A DNA stretch of 64,000 nucleotides, taken from contig VFGV01000011.1 of assembly GCA_009392275.1 (NCBI GenBank), forward strand, positions 78,895 through 142,894, written 5' to 3'. Numbering within the stretch: position 1 is the first letter of the stretch; every line of letters begins with the position of its first letter. Positions 35,160-46,172 of this stretch are shown here, piece after piece. The position numbers and the translations under genes were made by a program. This DNA comes from SAR202 cluster bacterium. GTDB taxonomy: Bacteria > Chloroflexota > Dehalococcoidia > Lucifugimonadales > UBA2962. The notes beneath the pieces are model-generated. The model was not told where the DNA came from. It did no database searches and saw nothing but the letters and a program-made list of their open reading frames with translations.

Positions 35160-37400
35160 TTATTTGTGAGAAACAATTGATTGATCAGGTGATCTAATTA
35201 TATTGGTAACACCCTTTACACCCTCTAGCTTTGAGAACACTTTGTTTAATTCATCTATGCCTCGAGTGTATAAGGTCATAGTAATGATACTACGATCTGC
35301 GACTTCGCGCGTTTCGCAATTTGCTATATTAACACGATATTCAGAAACAAGAGCAGTAATATCTTTAAGAAGGCCCACTCTGTCGTAAGCATCGATCTGG
35401 ATATCGACAGGATATAGCTTTTTGGCTTGACCCCAATCAACCTTTATTAATGTTTCTTGTACATTTTCATTCTTAATATTCGAGCAATCCGCTCGATGAA
35501 CTGTAACTCCTCTGCTGCGAGTGATGTAACCAGATATATTATCTCCCCAAACTGGGCTGCAGCATTGTGCAATTCGAGTTATTAAATCACCTACTCCCAA
35601 CACGTCTATTCCACTAGCTGGGCCAATTGGCTTAACTGGCTTGGAGGATTCTGTAGTTTTGGTAGTTAACTTCGCAGCTATCTGAGATACAGTAACTGAG
35701 CCTGTACCGATTAGATGATACAACTCGTCTGAAGAATCCGTTCCCATAATTTTGGATATCTCGTTCAAATTCATGTCAGTAGTTAATCTTCTAACTTGTT
35801 TGCTGTACAGTTCTTTGCCACGTTGTATATTAATTCGTTGTTCTTGCCGATTAAACCACTGTCTGATTTTTTGTCGGGCTGAATTTGTTTTTATATATTC
35901 TAAGTTAGGGTTTAACCAATCTATACTAGGCCCACGTTCAGTTTTACTTGTAATAATTTCAATACTATCTCCGTTTTTCAACTTATATTGTAAAGAAACT
36001 AATTTGCCATTTATATGTGCGCCAACACACTGGTGGCCGATATCAGTGTGAATTTGGTAAGCAAAATCTAATGGAGTTGAACCTATAGGCAGTTCTTTTA
36101 AATCTCCTTTTGGAGTATATACATACACTTGATTGTCGAATATATCAGTTTTGAAGGATTCTATTAGATCCTCAGCCCCACTTACGTCTCTTTGCCAGTC
36201 AAGCAGTTGGCGTATCCATATCATTTTTTTATCAAATTGTGGGTCTGAATCGCTTCCCTCTTTATATAACCAATGGGCTGCAACCCCATATTCAGCTAAT
36301 TCATGCATCTCTGTAGTCCGTATTTGAACTTCTACAGGGAAAGCCCCTTTGCACAATACCGCTGTATGAATAGATTGATATAAGTTATCTTTAGGGTTCC
36401 CAATATAATCATCAAATTGATCGCGCAGTGGGCGCCAAAGTGAGTGCACGACTCCTAAAGCTGAGTAACAGTCATTTACTCGATTAACGATAATCCTAAG
36501 TGCAAAAAGATCGTATATATCTCTGATCGTCATGTTTTGATATTGATATCGTTGTATTTTCTTATAAATAGAGTAAATGTGTTTTGGCCTGCCAGTTACG
36601 ACACCATCAATACCCGCCTCTTTTAAAGATTGTGTAAGTCTGGAGCGAATCTCATCTATATAATCTTCCCTTGCAGTTCGTTTAGATCTCAGCATTTTAG
36701 AAATTTTTTTATAATCATTTGGATTTAGATGTTGGAAAGCCAGGTCTTCAAGACGCCATTTTATTTCCCAGATACCGAGCCTATGTGCTAGGGGTGCATA
36801 TATATCTAATGTTTCCTGCGCTATAGAAATCCTGCGATGTTTTGGTAAAGCCTTAAGAGTACGCATATTATGTAATCTATCCGCTAGTTTTATTAACACT
36901 ACTCTTATGTCCTCTGCCATAGACATCAGTAGTTTTTTAAGATTTTCTATTCGAGCTCTTTCTTTTTCAGAATATGTCTCTGATTCGTATGATGAATCTC
37001 GATCAATAGATTTTGGACTCTGATCAGAATGATCCACACTCATTTCTTCAAAATCTGTTAAAAATACTGCATTCTCATCGATTAGAGCTTCCTTCTGCGT
37101 TAGTTTAGTTACGCCAGAGACCAGGTTAGCTACCTCTAATCCAAATTTGTTTTCTAATTGATCATAAGACACATCGCAATCTTCCATTACATCATGGAGC
37201 AGCGCTGCTGCGATCGCTTTTGAGTCCAGCTTAAGTTCGGCTAAATATATTGCCGTTTGTAGCGGATGCTCTATGAATGGTTCTCCGGAGCGTCTAGTCT
37301 GTCCCTTATGAGCTGCTTTAGCAAACTCATAAGCATTAGCAATTAGATCCAATTGCTCCTCAGGTATGTACTGTCCAGCTTTTTTTAATAGGGTTTCCAT
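35160..37400 (-). CDS. relA: bifunctional (p)ppGpp synthetase/hydrolase (RelA/SpoT homolog)
   Basis: HD hydrolase domain (HPLQTAIYLA...LLHDVMED). Synthetase block (YQSIHTAV...EVQIRT). TGS and C-terminal ACT-like regions. Confidence 0.95.
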   Translation of the reverse strand: METLLKKAGQYIPEEQLDLIANAYEFAKAAHKGQTRRSGEPFIEHPLQTAIYLAELKLDSKAIAAALLHDVMEDCDVSYDQLENKFGLEVANLVSGVTKLTQKEALIDENAVFLTDFEEMSVDHSDQSPKSIDRDSSYESETYSEKERARIENLKKLLMSMAEDIRVVLIKLADRLHNMRTLKALPKHRRISIAQETLDIYAPLAHRLGIWEIKWRLEDLAFQHLNPNDYKKISKMLRSKRTAREDYIDEIRSRLTQSLKEAGIDGVVTGRPKHIYSIYKKIQRYQYQNMTIRDIYDLFALRIIVNRVNDCYSALGVVHSLWRPLRDQFDDYIGNPKDNLYQSIHTAVLCKGAFPVEVQIRTTEMHELAEYGVAAHWLYKEGSDSDPQFDKKMIWIRQLLDWQRDVSGAEDLIESFKTDIFDNQVYVYTPKGDLKELPIGSTPLDFAYQIHTDIGHQCVGAHINGKLVSLQYKLKNGDSIEIITSKTERGPSIDWLNPNLEYIKTNSARQKIRQWFNRQEQRINIQRGKELYSKQVRRLTTDMNLNEISKIMGTDSSDELYHLIGTGSVTVSQIAAKLTTKTTESSKPVKPIGPASGIDVLGVGDLITRIAQCCSPVWGDNISGYITRSRGVTVHRADCSNIKNENVQETLIKVDWGQAKKLYPVDIQIDAYDRVGLLKDITALVSEYRVNIANCETREVADRSIITMTLYTRGIDELNKVFSKLEGVKGVTNIIRSPDQSIVSHK

Positions 37401-37598
37401 ATTAATGTCAGATGTTTTAAGTTAATTACCTTTAATATTCAACAATTAGTTCAATTTCTTATATTAAGAATAGTCTATTTAGCTAAATTTTAATATCTTT
37501 TAACTCTTTGAAGTGACATCGTATTGGGCGATAATCGGATTAATTACTATTAGAATTTACATAAATTTTAAGTTAAATATTTAAGGAAATTGATCAAC

Positions 37599-38855
37599 AT
37601 GATCTTTCAAGCCCCTCGAGGCACATATGATCGTATGCCCTCCCAACAGTTACTTTGGCGCAGAATCAATAAAGTTCTAGAAGAAATATCAGAGTCATTT
37701 GGGTATGAGCGAATTGATACTCCAGTTATTGAAGATGCCAAACTATTTTCTAGAGGAGTTGGAGATGTGACAGATGTTATGGAAAAGGAGACATACACAT
37801 TTCCTGATAGAGGTGGAGATTTACTTACCCTTAGGCCAGAAGGGACTGCTCCTGTATGTAGAGCTTATATTGAACACGGTATGCATAATCTGCCTCAGCC
37901 GGTAAGGCTTTATTATTTTTGCCCGGTTTTCAGATATGAAAGGCCACAGTCTGGAAGATATAGGCAGCATCATCAATTTGGTATCGAAGTTTTGGGTTCT
38001 TCTGAGCCTGAAGTAGATGTTGAGGTTATTCAACTGGCATGGAATATATTACAGCGATTAGATATTTCTGACATAAAAATTAAAATAAACACAATGGGTG
38101 ATAGTGATAGTCGTGGATTATATGTTGAGAAACTTCAAGAATACCTAAAATCGCAAATAGGTGACATACCTGGACCGATCAAGGAAAGAATTCATTCAAA
38201 TCCACTACGTGTTCTTGATTCCAAAGACCCAAAGATGTTTGAAATCAATAATAACGCTCCAAGGTCTATTGACTACATTAATTTAGAGTCAAGTGAACAC
38301 TGGAAAACTGTATTGAATAATTTAGATTCCCTTTCTATTCCATACGAGGTTGACCATAAATTAGTTAGAGGCTTTGATTATTATTCTAGAACTGTATTTG
38401 AAATAGTGCCTTCTGTAGAGAAAAGCCAAAACACCCTAATTGGCGGCGGCAGATACGATGGCTTAATCGAAATGCTTGGAGGCAAGCCAACCCCTGGCAT
38501 TGGCTTTGGCATGGGACTGGAGCGAGTTGCTTCTACAGTAGCAGACTCATCATATTGTTTAGAATCGAATAAACCCTCAAAAGTTTTAGTGGCACATATT
38601 GGCGATGCGGCCAAAGAAAAAGCAATGCTATTGAGTTCAACAATAAGGAATACTGGAATATCAGCTGTTTTGGCTCCAACTAGGGGTATAAAAAGCCAGT
38701 TAAGGTATGGGGCTTCTATATCAGCTACTCACGCCATTATTATTGGTGATGAAGAATTACAGAATAATGAAGTGGTTTTGAAAAACTTCGCAGAACATTC
38801 ACAAGAGATCATACCAGAGTCAAATCTTATTGAGATTCTTTCGAGTTTTGATTGA
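37599..38855 (+). CDS. hisS: histidyl-tRNA synthetase
   Basis: APRGTYD, LRPEGTAPVCRAY, FRYERPQSGRYRQHHQFG, GGGRYDGL. ATG 37599 (AAGGA 11 nt upstream) is preferred over the in-frame TTG at 37590. Confidence 0.95.
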   Translation: MIFQAPRGTYDRMPSQQLLWRRINKVLEEISESFGYERIDTPVIEDAKLFSRGVGDVTDVMEKETYTFPDRGGDLLTLRPEGTAPVCRAYIEHGMHNLPQPVRLYYFCPVFRYERPQSGRYRQHHQFGIEVLGSSEPEVDVEVIQLAWNILQRLDISDIKIKINTMGDSDSRGLYVEKLQEYLKSQIGDIPGPIKERIHSNPLRVLDSKDPKMFEINNNAPRSIDYINLESSEHWKTVLNNLDSLSIPYEVDHKLVRGFDYYSRTVFEIVPSVEKSQNTLIGGGRYDGLIEMLGGKPTPGIGFGMGLERVASTVADSSYCLESNKPSKVLVAHIGDAAKEKAMLLSSTIRNTGISAVLAPTRGIKSQLRYGASISATHAIIIGDEELQNNEVVLKNFAEHSQEIIPESNLIEILSSFD

Positions 38856-38897
38856 TTCATCGAGTTCTATAATAAATAAAAACGTATTGTCGACAAA

Positions 38898-39968
38898 ATG
38901 TTAGAAAAGATACAAACAATTAAGACTCGTATTAATGAGCTTGAAACAATGCTTGCAGATCCTGATTTAGTTAGCGATTTTAGTAAGTCTCAAGGTTTAT
39001 TAAGGGAACACGCCATGATCAAACCTCTATCAGAATTGTCAGAAGAATTCACAAGCGTTGTTGAGCAGATAGATCAGCTGAAATCAATTATAAGAAACGA
39101 CAGCGATAAAGAGGTCGTTGAACTAGCCAATTTAGAATTACCTGAGCTCCAAGAAAAGCAAATAAATCTTGAACAAGAATTGAGAATAGCTTTACTTCCT
39201 AAGGATCCTAATGACTTCAAGAACGTTATTATGGAAATCCGAGCTGGTACAGGAGGAGAAGAAGCCTCTCTTTTTGCTGCAGATTTATATCGAATGTATT
39301 CACGTTATTCGCAAAGAAGGGGTTGGCCTTTAGAGATTTTATCAACTAGTGAATCAGAAGCAGGTGGCGTGAAGGAGGTCGTAATTCAAATAAAAGGCGA
39401 TGGAGCTTTCAGTATTTTGAAACATGAAAGTGGTGGACATAGGGTCCAGAGAGTGCCAGTGACAGAGTCTAGCGGACGAATCCATACTTCCGCAGCTACT
39501 GTTGCTGTTTTGCCCGAAGCAGAAGAAGTAGACGTAGAAATAAGAAATGAAGATCTAGAAATCGATATATTTCATGCCAGTGGACATGGTGGGCAAAGTG
39601 TTCAGAAAGTGGCCACTGCTGTACGAATTAAGCATGTACCCACTGGTATTTTAGCTATTTGCCAAGATGAACGATCTCAGCATAAAAATAAAGAAAAAGC
39701 AATGGCAGTCTTAAGATCAAGAGTCTACAAACAAGAATTGGAACGTCAGCAAAAGGAAATTAGTGAAGACAGAAAATCTCAAGTAGGTTCAGGCGACCGT
39801 TCCGAAAGGGTGCGTACCTATAACTTCCCGCAGCAAAGAGTGACTGATCATAGAACTAATATGTCCCAATATAACCTTGATGAAGTATTAGATGGTGAAC
39901 TTGATCCATTTATAAATGGCCTCATTGATCGGGAACAACAAATTAAGCTTGAAGAATCAGGAATTTAA
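38898..39968 (+). CDS. prfA: peptide chain release factor 1
   Basis: RF1-type tripeptide PVT (RVPVTESSGRIHTS) and the GGQ motif (SGHGGQSVQK). Confidence 0.95.
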   Translation: MLEKIQTIKTRINELETMLADPDLVSDFSKSQGLLREHAMIKPLSELSEEFTSVVEQIDQLKSIIRNDSDKEVVELANLELPELQEKQINLEQELRIALLPKDPNDFKNVIMEIRAGTGGEEASLFAADLYRMYSRYSQRRGWPLEILSTSESEAGGVKEVVIQIKGDGAFSILKHESGGHRVQRVPVTESSGRIHTSAATVAVLPEAEEVDVEIRNEDLEIDIFHASGHGGQSVQKVATAVRIKHVPTGILAICQDERSQHKNKEKAMAVLRSRVYKQELERQQKEISEDRKSQVGSGDRSERVRTYNFPQQRVTDHRTNMSQYNLDEVLDGELDPFINGLIDREQQIKLEESGI

Positions 39969-40818
39969 ATACCAAACAATACGAAGCTTATGGCTAAAAG
40001 GTGTTGATCAGTTAAAGGAGTATTCAATAGCTGATAGCGCTCTTGAATGTGAATTATTAGTAAGGTCGGCCCTTGGGTATACCAAGAGTGACTTTTACTC
40101 CCATTTGCCAGATACAGTAACTGAACATGAGATGCTTTTAATCAATCAATTGATCGAACGAAGGCTGATTGGTGAGCCAACGCCTTATATTTTAGGTACT
40201 AAAGAGTTTTATGGTATTGAATTTAATGTTTCCAAGGATGTGTTGATTCCAAGGCCAGAAACCGAACTATTAGTTGATTTATCACTTAACCAGATTAAAG
40301 AGGGATGTTTAATTGCTGATATAGGCACAGGAAGTGGTTGTATAGCCGTTTCGATAGCATCACACTTGCCTAATGTTAGGATAATCGCTGTAGATAAAAG
40401 TATTGAAGCATTAAAGATGGCAGGGAAAAATATCATGATGCATGACATGATTGATAGAATCGACCTGCTTAATTCAGACTTATTAACATCTTTTAAGCCA
40501 GGTTTAAAGTTTGATTTGATTGTTTCGAATCCACCTTATGTTCCTAAAGATATTTATGAAACATTAGATAAAGAAATCCAATTTGAACCAACGATAGCAT
40601 TAAATGGCGGGACTGATGGATTGGATATTATTCGTCGTCTGCTTCAACAAGCAAATACAATGCTTTCGGATGGAGGCAGTTTGCTGTTTGAGGTTTTTTC
40701 TGACAATTCAAATGAGGCATTTACGTTAACCTCAGAATTAATACCTAAGTCCAAGGTAACCATGCATACTGACTTATTGGGTTTGCCTAGGGTGATTGAA
40801 GCTCAAAAATTGTTGTGA
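39916..40818 (+). CDS. prmC: release-factor glutamine N5-methyltransferase PrmC/HemK
   Basis: SAM motif DIGTGSGCIAV and catalytic NPPY (IVSNPPYVP). The start is uncertain: ATG 39916 overlaps prfA by 53 nt, and in-frame TTG codons at 39925 and 39949 are alternatives. Confidence 0.85.
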   Translation: MASLIGNNKLSLKNQEFKYQTIRSLWLKGVDQLKEYSIADSALECELLVRSALGYTKSDFYSHLPDTVTEHEMLLINQLIERRLIGEPTPYILGTKEFYGIEFNVSKDVLIPRPETELLVDLSLNQIKEGCLIADIGTGSGCIAVSIASHLPNVRIIAVDKSIEALKMAGKNIMMHDMIDRIDLLNSDLLTSFKPGLKFDLIVSNPPYVPKDIYETLDKEIQFEPTIALNGGTDGLDIIRRLLQQANTMLSDGGSLLFEVFSDNSNEAFTLTSELIPKSKVTMHTDLLGLPRVIEAQKLL

Positions 40819-40842
40819 TATTGGAAATATATTACCTTGCAA

Positions 40843-41982
40843 CTAACTTCCACCCATTTGGAAGTGCTTACCCTCAGTTTTTATTGATGGGGCTATTATC
40901 ATGTTTGCTTTTTGCATTTCTCTAATGTTAAATGCTCCTACCATACCCATACATTCTTCCAATGCCCCAATGAGGTTTTGTGTACCATTAGTTTTTGAAG
41001 TGGGGCCGAAAAGGATTTGCTCTAATGGTCCTTGAGTTCCAACATTTACTCTAGTCCCCCTGGGTAGTCGGGGATGTGGCCCAGCCATTCCCCAGTTGAA
41101 ACCGCCACCAGGGGCTTCCTCTGATTGTGCTAAAGGAGAACCTATCATTATCGCATCTGCTCCTGACACGAATGATTTACATACATCTCCACCTGTGCGT
41201 ATGCCGCCGTCTGTGATTACTGGTACATATCTGCCAGTTTTCTTTAAATATTCGTCTCTTGCTGCTGAAACCTGTAATGTTGCTGTAACTTGAGGAACTC
41301 CGACACCAGTTACTTCTCTGGTTGTACAAGCAGCTCCTGGTCCTACTCCAATTAGTACTCCATGAACTCCTGTTTCCATTAACTCCAATGCGACGTTATA
41401 TGAAACACAGTTGCCTACTATTACAGGTATATCAATTAATTCAAGCAATTCAGAGAATATTAAGCCTCGCTTAGATTTCGATACATGCCTTGCAGTAGTA
41501 ACCGTGGATTGAACGAAAACCATGTCCGCGCCAGCCTCGGCGGCAATTGGAGCCAGTTTCTTAGTGCTAGCAGGAGTTATTGACACAGCACATCGTGCTC
41601 CTGTTGCTTTAATTTCTTCTACACGCTCACCAACTAAATTAGTATCGACTTTACCTGAATAAACTTCTTGGAGCACAGAAGTTACATCTTTATCTGAGGC
41701 ATCAATAATTCTTGATAGGGCTTCGGACGGGTTTGCATATCTTGTCTGTATACCCTCTAAATTCATTACTGACAATCCTCCGGCTTTTTCCATATGTCCG
41801 GCAAAGTTCGGTGAACCGATCGCATCCATTGCAGATGATATAACAGGTATTTTGAAAGTATGGCTATTTATGGAGAATTCTGTATTTGTTTGATCAGGGT
41901 TAATCGTGATTTCGCCAGGCGCTATAGCCACTTCATCGAATCCATATGCTCGGCTGAGTTCCTTAATTTGCGGAACAGACAT
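40843..41982 (-). CDS. guaB3: GuaB3-type IMP dehydrogenase-family protein (no CBS domains)
   Basis: N-terminus RAYGFDEVAIAPGE...IPVISSAMD. TIM-barrel IMPDH-like core without a CBS pair. GGIRTGGDVCKS and IGSPLA blocks. Confidence 0.85.
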   Translation of the reverse strand: MSVPQIKELSRAYGFDEVAIAPGEITINPDQTNTEFSINSHTFKIPVISSAMDAIGSPNFAGHMEKAGGLSVMNLEGIQTRYANPSEALSRIIDASDKDVTSVLQEVYSGKVDTNLVGERVEEIKATGARCAVSITPASTKKLAPIAAEAGADMVFVQSTVTTARHVSKSKRGLIFSELLELIDIPVIVGNCVSYNVALELMETGVHGVLIGVGPGAACTTREVTGVGVPQVTATLQVSAARDEYLKKTGRYVPVITDGGIRTGGDVCKSFVSGADAIMIGSPLAQSEEAPGGGFNWGMAGPHPRLPRGTRVNVGTQGPLEQILFGPTSKTNGTQNLIGALEECMGMVGAFNIREMQKANMIIAPSIKTEGKHFQMGGS

Positions 41983-42166
41983 TGATTACCCCTCCAATCA
42001 TTGTTATTTCTTTCAATAATAAAATAGATATAATCAAGGATATTCCCACGTGAGAAGGATGGTCAACAGCAAATTTGTAAAAAATAGATCATTGCTAGTT
42101 GAATGTCAGATAAAAGGGCCAACCAACGATACATCTTATAGAGATAGTAATGCATACTAAGTAATC

Positions 42167-43297
42167 ATGTTAAAACTTGAAACACAGGTAAAAAAATTAG
42201 GACTAAAGTCAGGCTTCGATTTAGTCGGAATCACGTCTGCGGAGAAGTTTGTGCGCGATGAAAAAGTTAGTATTGCTCGAGTTAGGTCTGGATTGATGGA
42301 TGGATTGCCTTGGTATACAGAGGATCGAGTTAAAAAAGCTAATGATCCAGCCATGCTACTTGAGGATGCCCGATCTGTAATTTCGTTGGCGGTTTCGTAC
42401 AACACTAAAGATAATAAGAATAAAAATAAAATAACGGGAAAAATTGCAAGATATGCCTGGGGAGAAGATTATCATGCTGTAATCAAGGAGAGATTACGCT
42501 TTTTTGTGGCTGAATTAAAATTATTGGTTGGAGAAGATGTCAAAACGCGAATTTTTGTGGACGATGGTCCGATGAATGATCGTGCTGCAGCAGAAAGAGC
42601 AGGAGTGGGCTGGTTTGGTAAGAACACAAATATATTGACTCAAAACTACGGTTCATGGGTATTTTTATCTCAAGTTATTACGGATATTGAGTTGGTTCCT
42701 GATTTACCATTAGATAAAACGTGTGGGACCTGTGTGATTTGTATAGAAGACTGCCCAACTGGCGCAATTGTAGCTCCATATGTAATTGATAATACAAAAT
42801 GCATATCATTTCTGACAATTGAACTTAGAGGGCCAATCCCGAGAAAACTTAGACATTTAATGGGAGACTGGATATTCGGATGCGATATATGTCAAGACGT
42901 ATGTCCGGTTAACCGCAAAGCAGTGATTTCTTTAGATCCTAAATTTACTAGGCTGCATGATTTTTCTGCTTTAGATTTATTACCGTTGTTAGATTTGACC
43001 GAAATGGAATTCAATAAGATATTTAAAGGTAGCGCTATTAAAAGGGCCAAGATATCTGGTTTTCAGAGAAATGTATGCGTTGCTTTGGGTAACATTGGTG
43101 ATCCCATTGCTGTTCCTGTATTAAGTAAAGTCATTCAATCAGATTATCCTGATTTAGTTCGCTCCCATGCTGCATGGGCTCTTGGTCGTATCGGGGGCAA
43201 CAGCGCTTTGGAAATGTTAAACAGCCAGGCAAATTTGGAGCAAAACAAAGATGTATTAGAGGAAATCCGAGAAGCAATAGGTTCAGCAGTATCCTAA
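42167..43297 (+). CDS. queG: tRNA epoxyqueuosine(34) reductase QueG
   Basis: GVGWFGKNTNIL. Ferredoxin-like clusters CGTCVICIEDCPTGAI and CDICQDVCPVN. C-terminal HEAT-like repeats. Confidence 0.9.
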   Translation: MLKLETQVKKLGLKSGFDLVGITSAEKFVRDEKVSIARVRSGLMDGLPWYTEDRVKKANDPAMLLEDARSVISLAVSYNTKDNKNKNKITGKIARYAWGEDYHAVIKERLRFFVAELKLLVGEDVKTRIFVDDGPMNDRAAAERAGVGWFGKNTNILTQNYGSWVFLSQVITDIELVPDLPLDKTCGTCVICIEDCPTGAIVAPYVIDNTKCISFLTIELRGPIPRKLRHLMGDWIFGCDICQDVCPVNRKAVISLDPKFTRLHDFSALDLLPLLDLTEMEFNKIFKGSAIKRAKISGFQRNVCVALGNIGDPIAVPVLSKVIQSDYPDLVRSHAAWALGRIGGNSALEMLNSQANLEQNKDVLEEIREAIGSAVS

Positions 43298-43315
43298 AAA
43301 ATAGTAAGTGAGTAT

Positions 43316-46165
43316 ATGTTAAATATTGATAACAGGATATCCCCATTAAAAGAGACATGGGTCGCAATTGATACAGAAACCACCGGACTTTCTGAAGATA
43401 AAGATTCAATTATAGAAGTAGGGTGCGTAAAATTTGTTGGCGACAGACATGTGGAAACATATAAGTCACTCGTGAATCCTTTGTCTATATTGAGTGATTT
43501 CACAATAAATTTTACTGGAATAACTCAAAATGATGTTAATAGCGCACCTGTGTTTGAGGACATAATAGAAGACCTGAGGGAATTTATTGGAGATGCACCC
43601 GTAGTAGGACATAATATTCAGTTTGATCTGAGTTTTTTAAATAAAAGTGGCCTCAAAATCGACAATCCTGTTGCTGACACCTGGGATATGGCTTACGTTC
43701 TATTACCTAGTATCACTTCTTACTCACTTTCAAATATTGCGATGGATTTGGGTATAGCACATGATAAAGCGCATCGAGCCCTCGAGGATGCAGCTGTAAC
43801 AGCCCATGTTTTTAATTATTTATTGAAGTTTGCTGACAAATTGGAAGACGATATTTTATTTGAATTAAGTAGAACTGCTACTCAAGGTGGTTCCAGATTG
43901 AATTATGTTTTATCGGGTCTTATTGCAAACAGAAACAGGTCTGAAATTAAATCTCAACAAGTAATTGGATTTGATGTGGAGAAAATTCGTTCAAGACTAA
44001 CTAAAGAGTCTTCAATAAAAAAGGTCGAACAAATCACTCCGGTAGATCTGAAGTTAATTGAGTCTGCTTTGTCAGCGAAAGGCAGTTTGTCGCACTCAAT
44101 GTTGAGATTTGAAGAAAGACCTGAGCAAATGACGATGGCAAAAACAATAGCTGAGACCATAAACTCAGGGATTGGAGATAACCAAACCCGATTAATTGTT
44201 GAAGCTGGAACGGGAGTAGGCAAGTCCTTGGCTTACCTTCTACCATCTGTTATTTATGCATTAAAAAACAATAAAAGAGTTGTTGTATCGACCAACACTA
44301 TTAACTTACAAGAACAATTATTAACAAAAGATATGCCATTAGTAATTGAAGCTTTAAAAAATGTAGATTCGATAGACGTTGAAAAGCTGAGGTTTACTCA
44401 GTTAAAAGGGAGGGACAATTATCTTTGTCTAAATAAACTTTTACGTATGAGATTAACTGATAAACCAACTTGGATAGAAGGACGTTTAATATCTAAGGTT
44501 CTGGTTTGGGTGCGAGATACACTAACTGGAGACAAATCTGAATTAAATTTGGGATCTCGTGGAGCTTCAGCCGTGTGGGGAAGACTATCTGCGCAAGGAA
44601 GTGCACTTTGTAAAGGAATAAGCGGGGCATGTTTTCTAAGAAGCGCTAGGGATAAAGCCTCCTCGTCACACATCGTGATTACAAATCATTCTTTACTAAT
44701 GGCCGATATAGCGTCTGATGGTTCCATATTGCCGGATTATGACATTTTAATAATTGATGAAGCTCATCATCTTGAGGATTCTGCTACTAGACAACTTGGT
44801 TTTGAATTAAATGTAAACAGCATAAACGACCACTTGACACAGATAATGGCTGAAACTGGAGCATTAAATACAGGATTAAAACTCTTCAAGGAAAATAAAC
44901 TTAGTTTGAGTCGAATACAATCCCTAGGGAAAATATTGACAGATATTTCAGAGTTTATTCCCAAAACTCGTGAATATACCGCCAGCTTACTTGCTAGTAT
45001 CGAAAAGGTTGGCAGTGAAGCTCAGAATAGCACCTCATATAACACCAATATTATTCCTGACATTAGAATTACTTCAGGTATTAGATCTCAGCCAGCATGG
45101 TCAGAGATTGAAATAGATTGGCAGAAGATTGACCTAGCATTAATTAAAGTAGATGAATTACTTAATCATGCCCTTATTGCTTTAGAGGGAACCAATCATG
45201 AAGCATGTGACAGGGTTATGGATGAGGTAATCGACCTGATCCAATCGAATCAACAATTAAGAGGCCATCTTGAAGAATTCGTTATTCATCCTTCTAAAGA
45301 TGGAGTTTATTGGGTATCAAATGTCTCTTTAAATCGTAGTTTTAAAGATAGAAACATATCAATACAATCAGCTCCCTTATATGTTGGTGATGTTTTGTCT
45401 GAGTCAGTTTATTCAAAAACGTCTACAGTAATTATGACCAGTGCAACATTGGCAACTGGAAACAACTTTGAATATGTAACAGAAAGGACTGGGTTTCAAG
45501 ATTCAACGGAATTACTGCTTGGTTCCCCATTTGATTATGCTACCAATTCAGTATTATGTGTTCCAGAGGATATGCCTGAACCAAATCTACCTAATTATCA
45601 AGACGCCATAAATAATGTTATAACTAACTCTGTAGTTGCTTCTCAAGGAAAAGCGATGGCTTTATTTACCTCGTACAGTTCATTAAATAAAACCTACAAG
45701 GATATTAAAGACACACTGAAATCGCATGACATACAGGTTTTGGCACAAGGTATAGATGGGAATCCAAATAAAATTGTGAGTCTTTTTCAGAATAACCCAA
45801 GATCATTGTTACTCGGCACGTCTAGTTTCTGGGAAGGTGTAGATCTTCCAGGGGAATCGTTACAGCTCCTTCTATTGACGCGCTTACCATTTAATGTTCC
45901 AACTGATCCAATTTTTGCAGCGAGGTCAGATTGGTTTCAGGAACCATTCAAAGAATACGCGGTTCCTCAAGCAGTAATCAGGTTAAGGCAGGGATTTGGC
46001 AGATTGATAAGGACAGAAACAGATCGGGGTGTGGCTGCAGTATTAGACAAAAGGATTCTCTCAAAAGGTTATGGCAAAGTATTCTTGGAATCTATGCCAC
46101 CAGCCCATGTTGTTAAGACTACAACTTTAGAGATGCCTAAGCTGATCGAACAATTTTTGAGTTAA
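43316..46165 (+). CDS. dinG: DinG-family ATP-dependent helicase fused to an N-terminal DnaQ-like 3'-5' exonuclease
   Basis: Exo motifs AIDTETTGL, GHNIQFDLSFL, HRALEDA. Helicase Walker A EAGTGVGKS. DEAH box (IIDEAHHLED). C-terminal RLRQGFGRLIR. Confidence 0.9.
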   Translation: MLNIDNRISPLKETWVAIDTETTGLSEDKDSIIEVGCVKFVGDRHVETYKSLVNPLSILSDFTINFTGITQNDVNSAPVFEDIIEDLREFIGDAPVVGHNIQFDLSFLNKSGLKIDNPVADTWDMAYVLLPSITSYSLSNIAMDLGIAHDKAHRALEDAAVTAHVFNYLLKFADKLEDDILFELSRTATQGGSRLNYVLSGLIANRNRSEIKSQQVIGFDVEKIRSRLTKESSIKKVEQITPVDLKLIESALSAKGSLSHSMLRFEERPEQMTMAKTIAETINSGIGDNQTRLIVEAGTGVGKSLAYLLPSVIYALKNNKRVVVSTNTINLQEQLLTKDMPLVIEALKNVDSIDVEKLRFTQLKGRDNYLCLNKLLRMRLTDKPTWIEGRLISKVLVWVRDTLTGDKSELNLGSRGASAVWGRLSAQGSALCKGISGACFLRSARDKASSSHIVITNHSLLMADIASDGSILPDYDILIIDEAHHLEDSATRQLGFELNVNSINDHLTQIMAETGALNTGLKLFKENKLSLSRIQSLGKILTDISEFIPKTREYTASLLASIEKVGSEAQNSTSYNTNIIPDIRITSGIRSQPAWSEIEIDWQKIDLALIKVDELLNHALIALEGTNHEACDRVMDEVIDLIQSNQQLRGHLEEFVIHPSKDGVYWVSNVSLNRSFKDRNISIQSAPLYVGDVLSESVYSKTSTVIMTSATLATGNNFEYVTERTGFQDSTELLLGSPFDYATNSVLCVPEDMPEPNLPNYQDAINNVITNSVVASQGKAMALFTSYSSLNKTYKDIKDTLKSHDIQVLAQGIDGNPNKIVSLFQNNPRSLLLGTSSFWEGVDLPGESLQLLLLTRLPFNVPTDPIFAARSDWFQEPFKEYAVPQAVIRLRQGFGRLIRTETDRGVAAVLDKRILSKGYGKVFLESMPPAHVVKTTTLEMPKLIEQFLS

Positions 46166-46172
46166 CAAGATT

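Noticed and set aside
37401-37589. Possible T-box leader upstream of hisS (also considered for serS)
   Set aside because: No T-box consensus, specifier-loop AGAGA or terminator/antiterminator pair was seen. The region is a plain AT-rich divergent promoter spacer. serS has only a 16-nt upstream gap.
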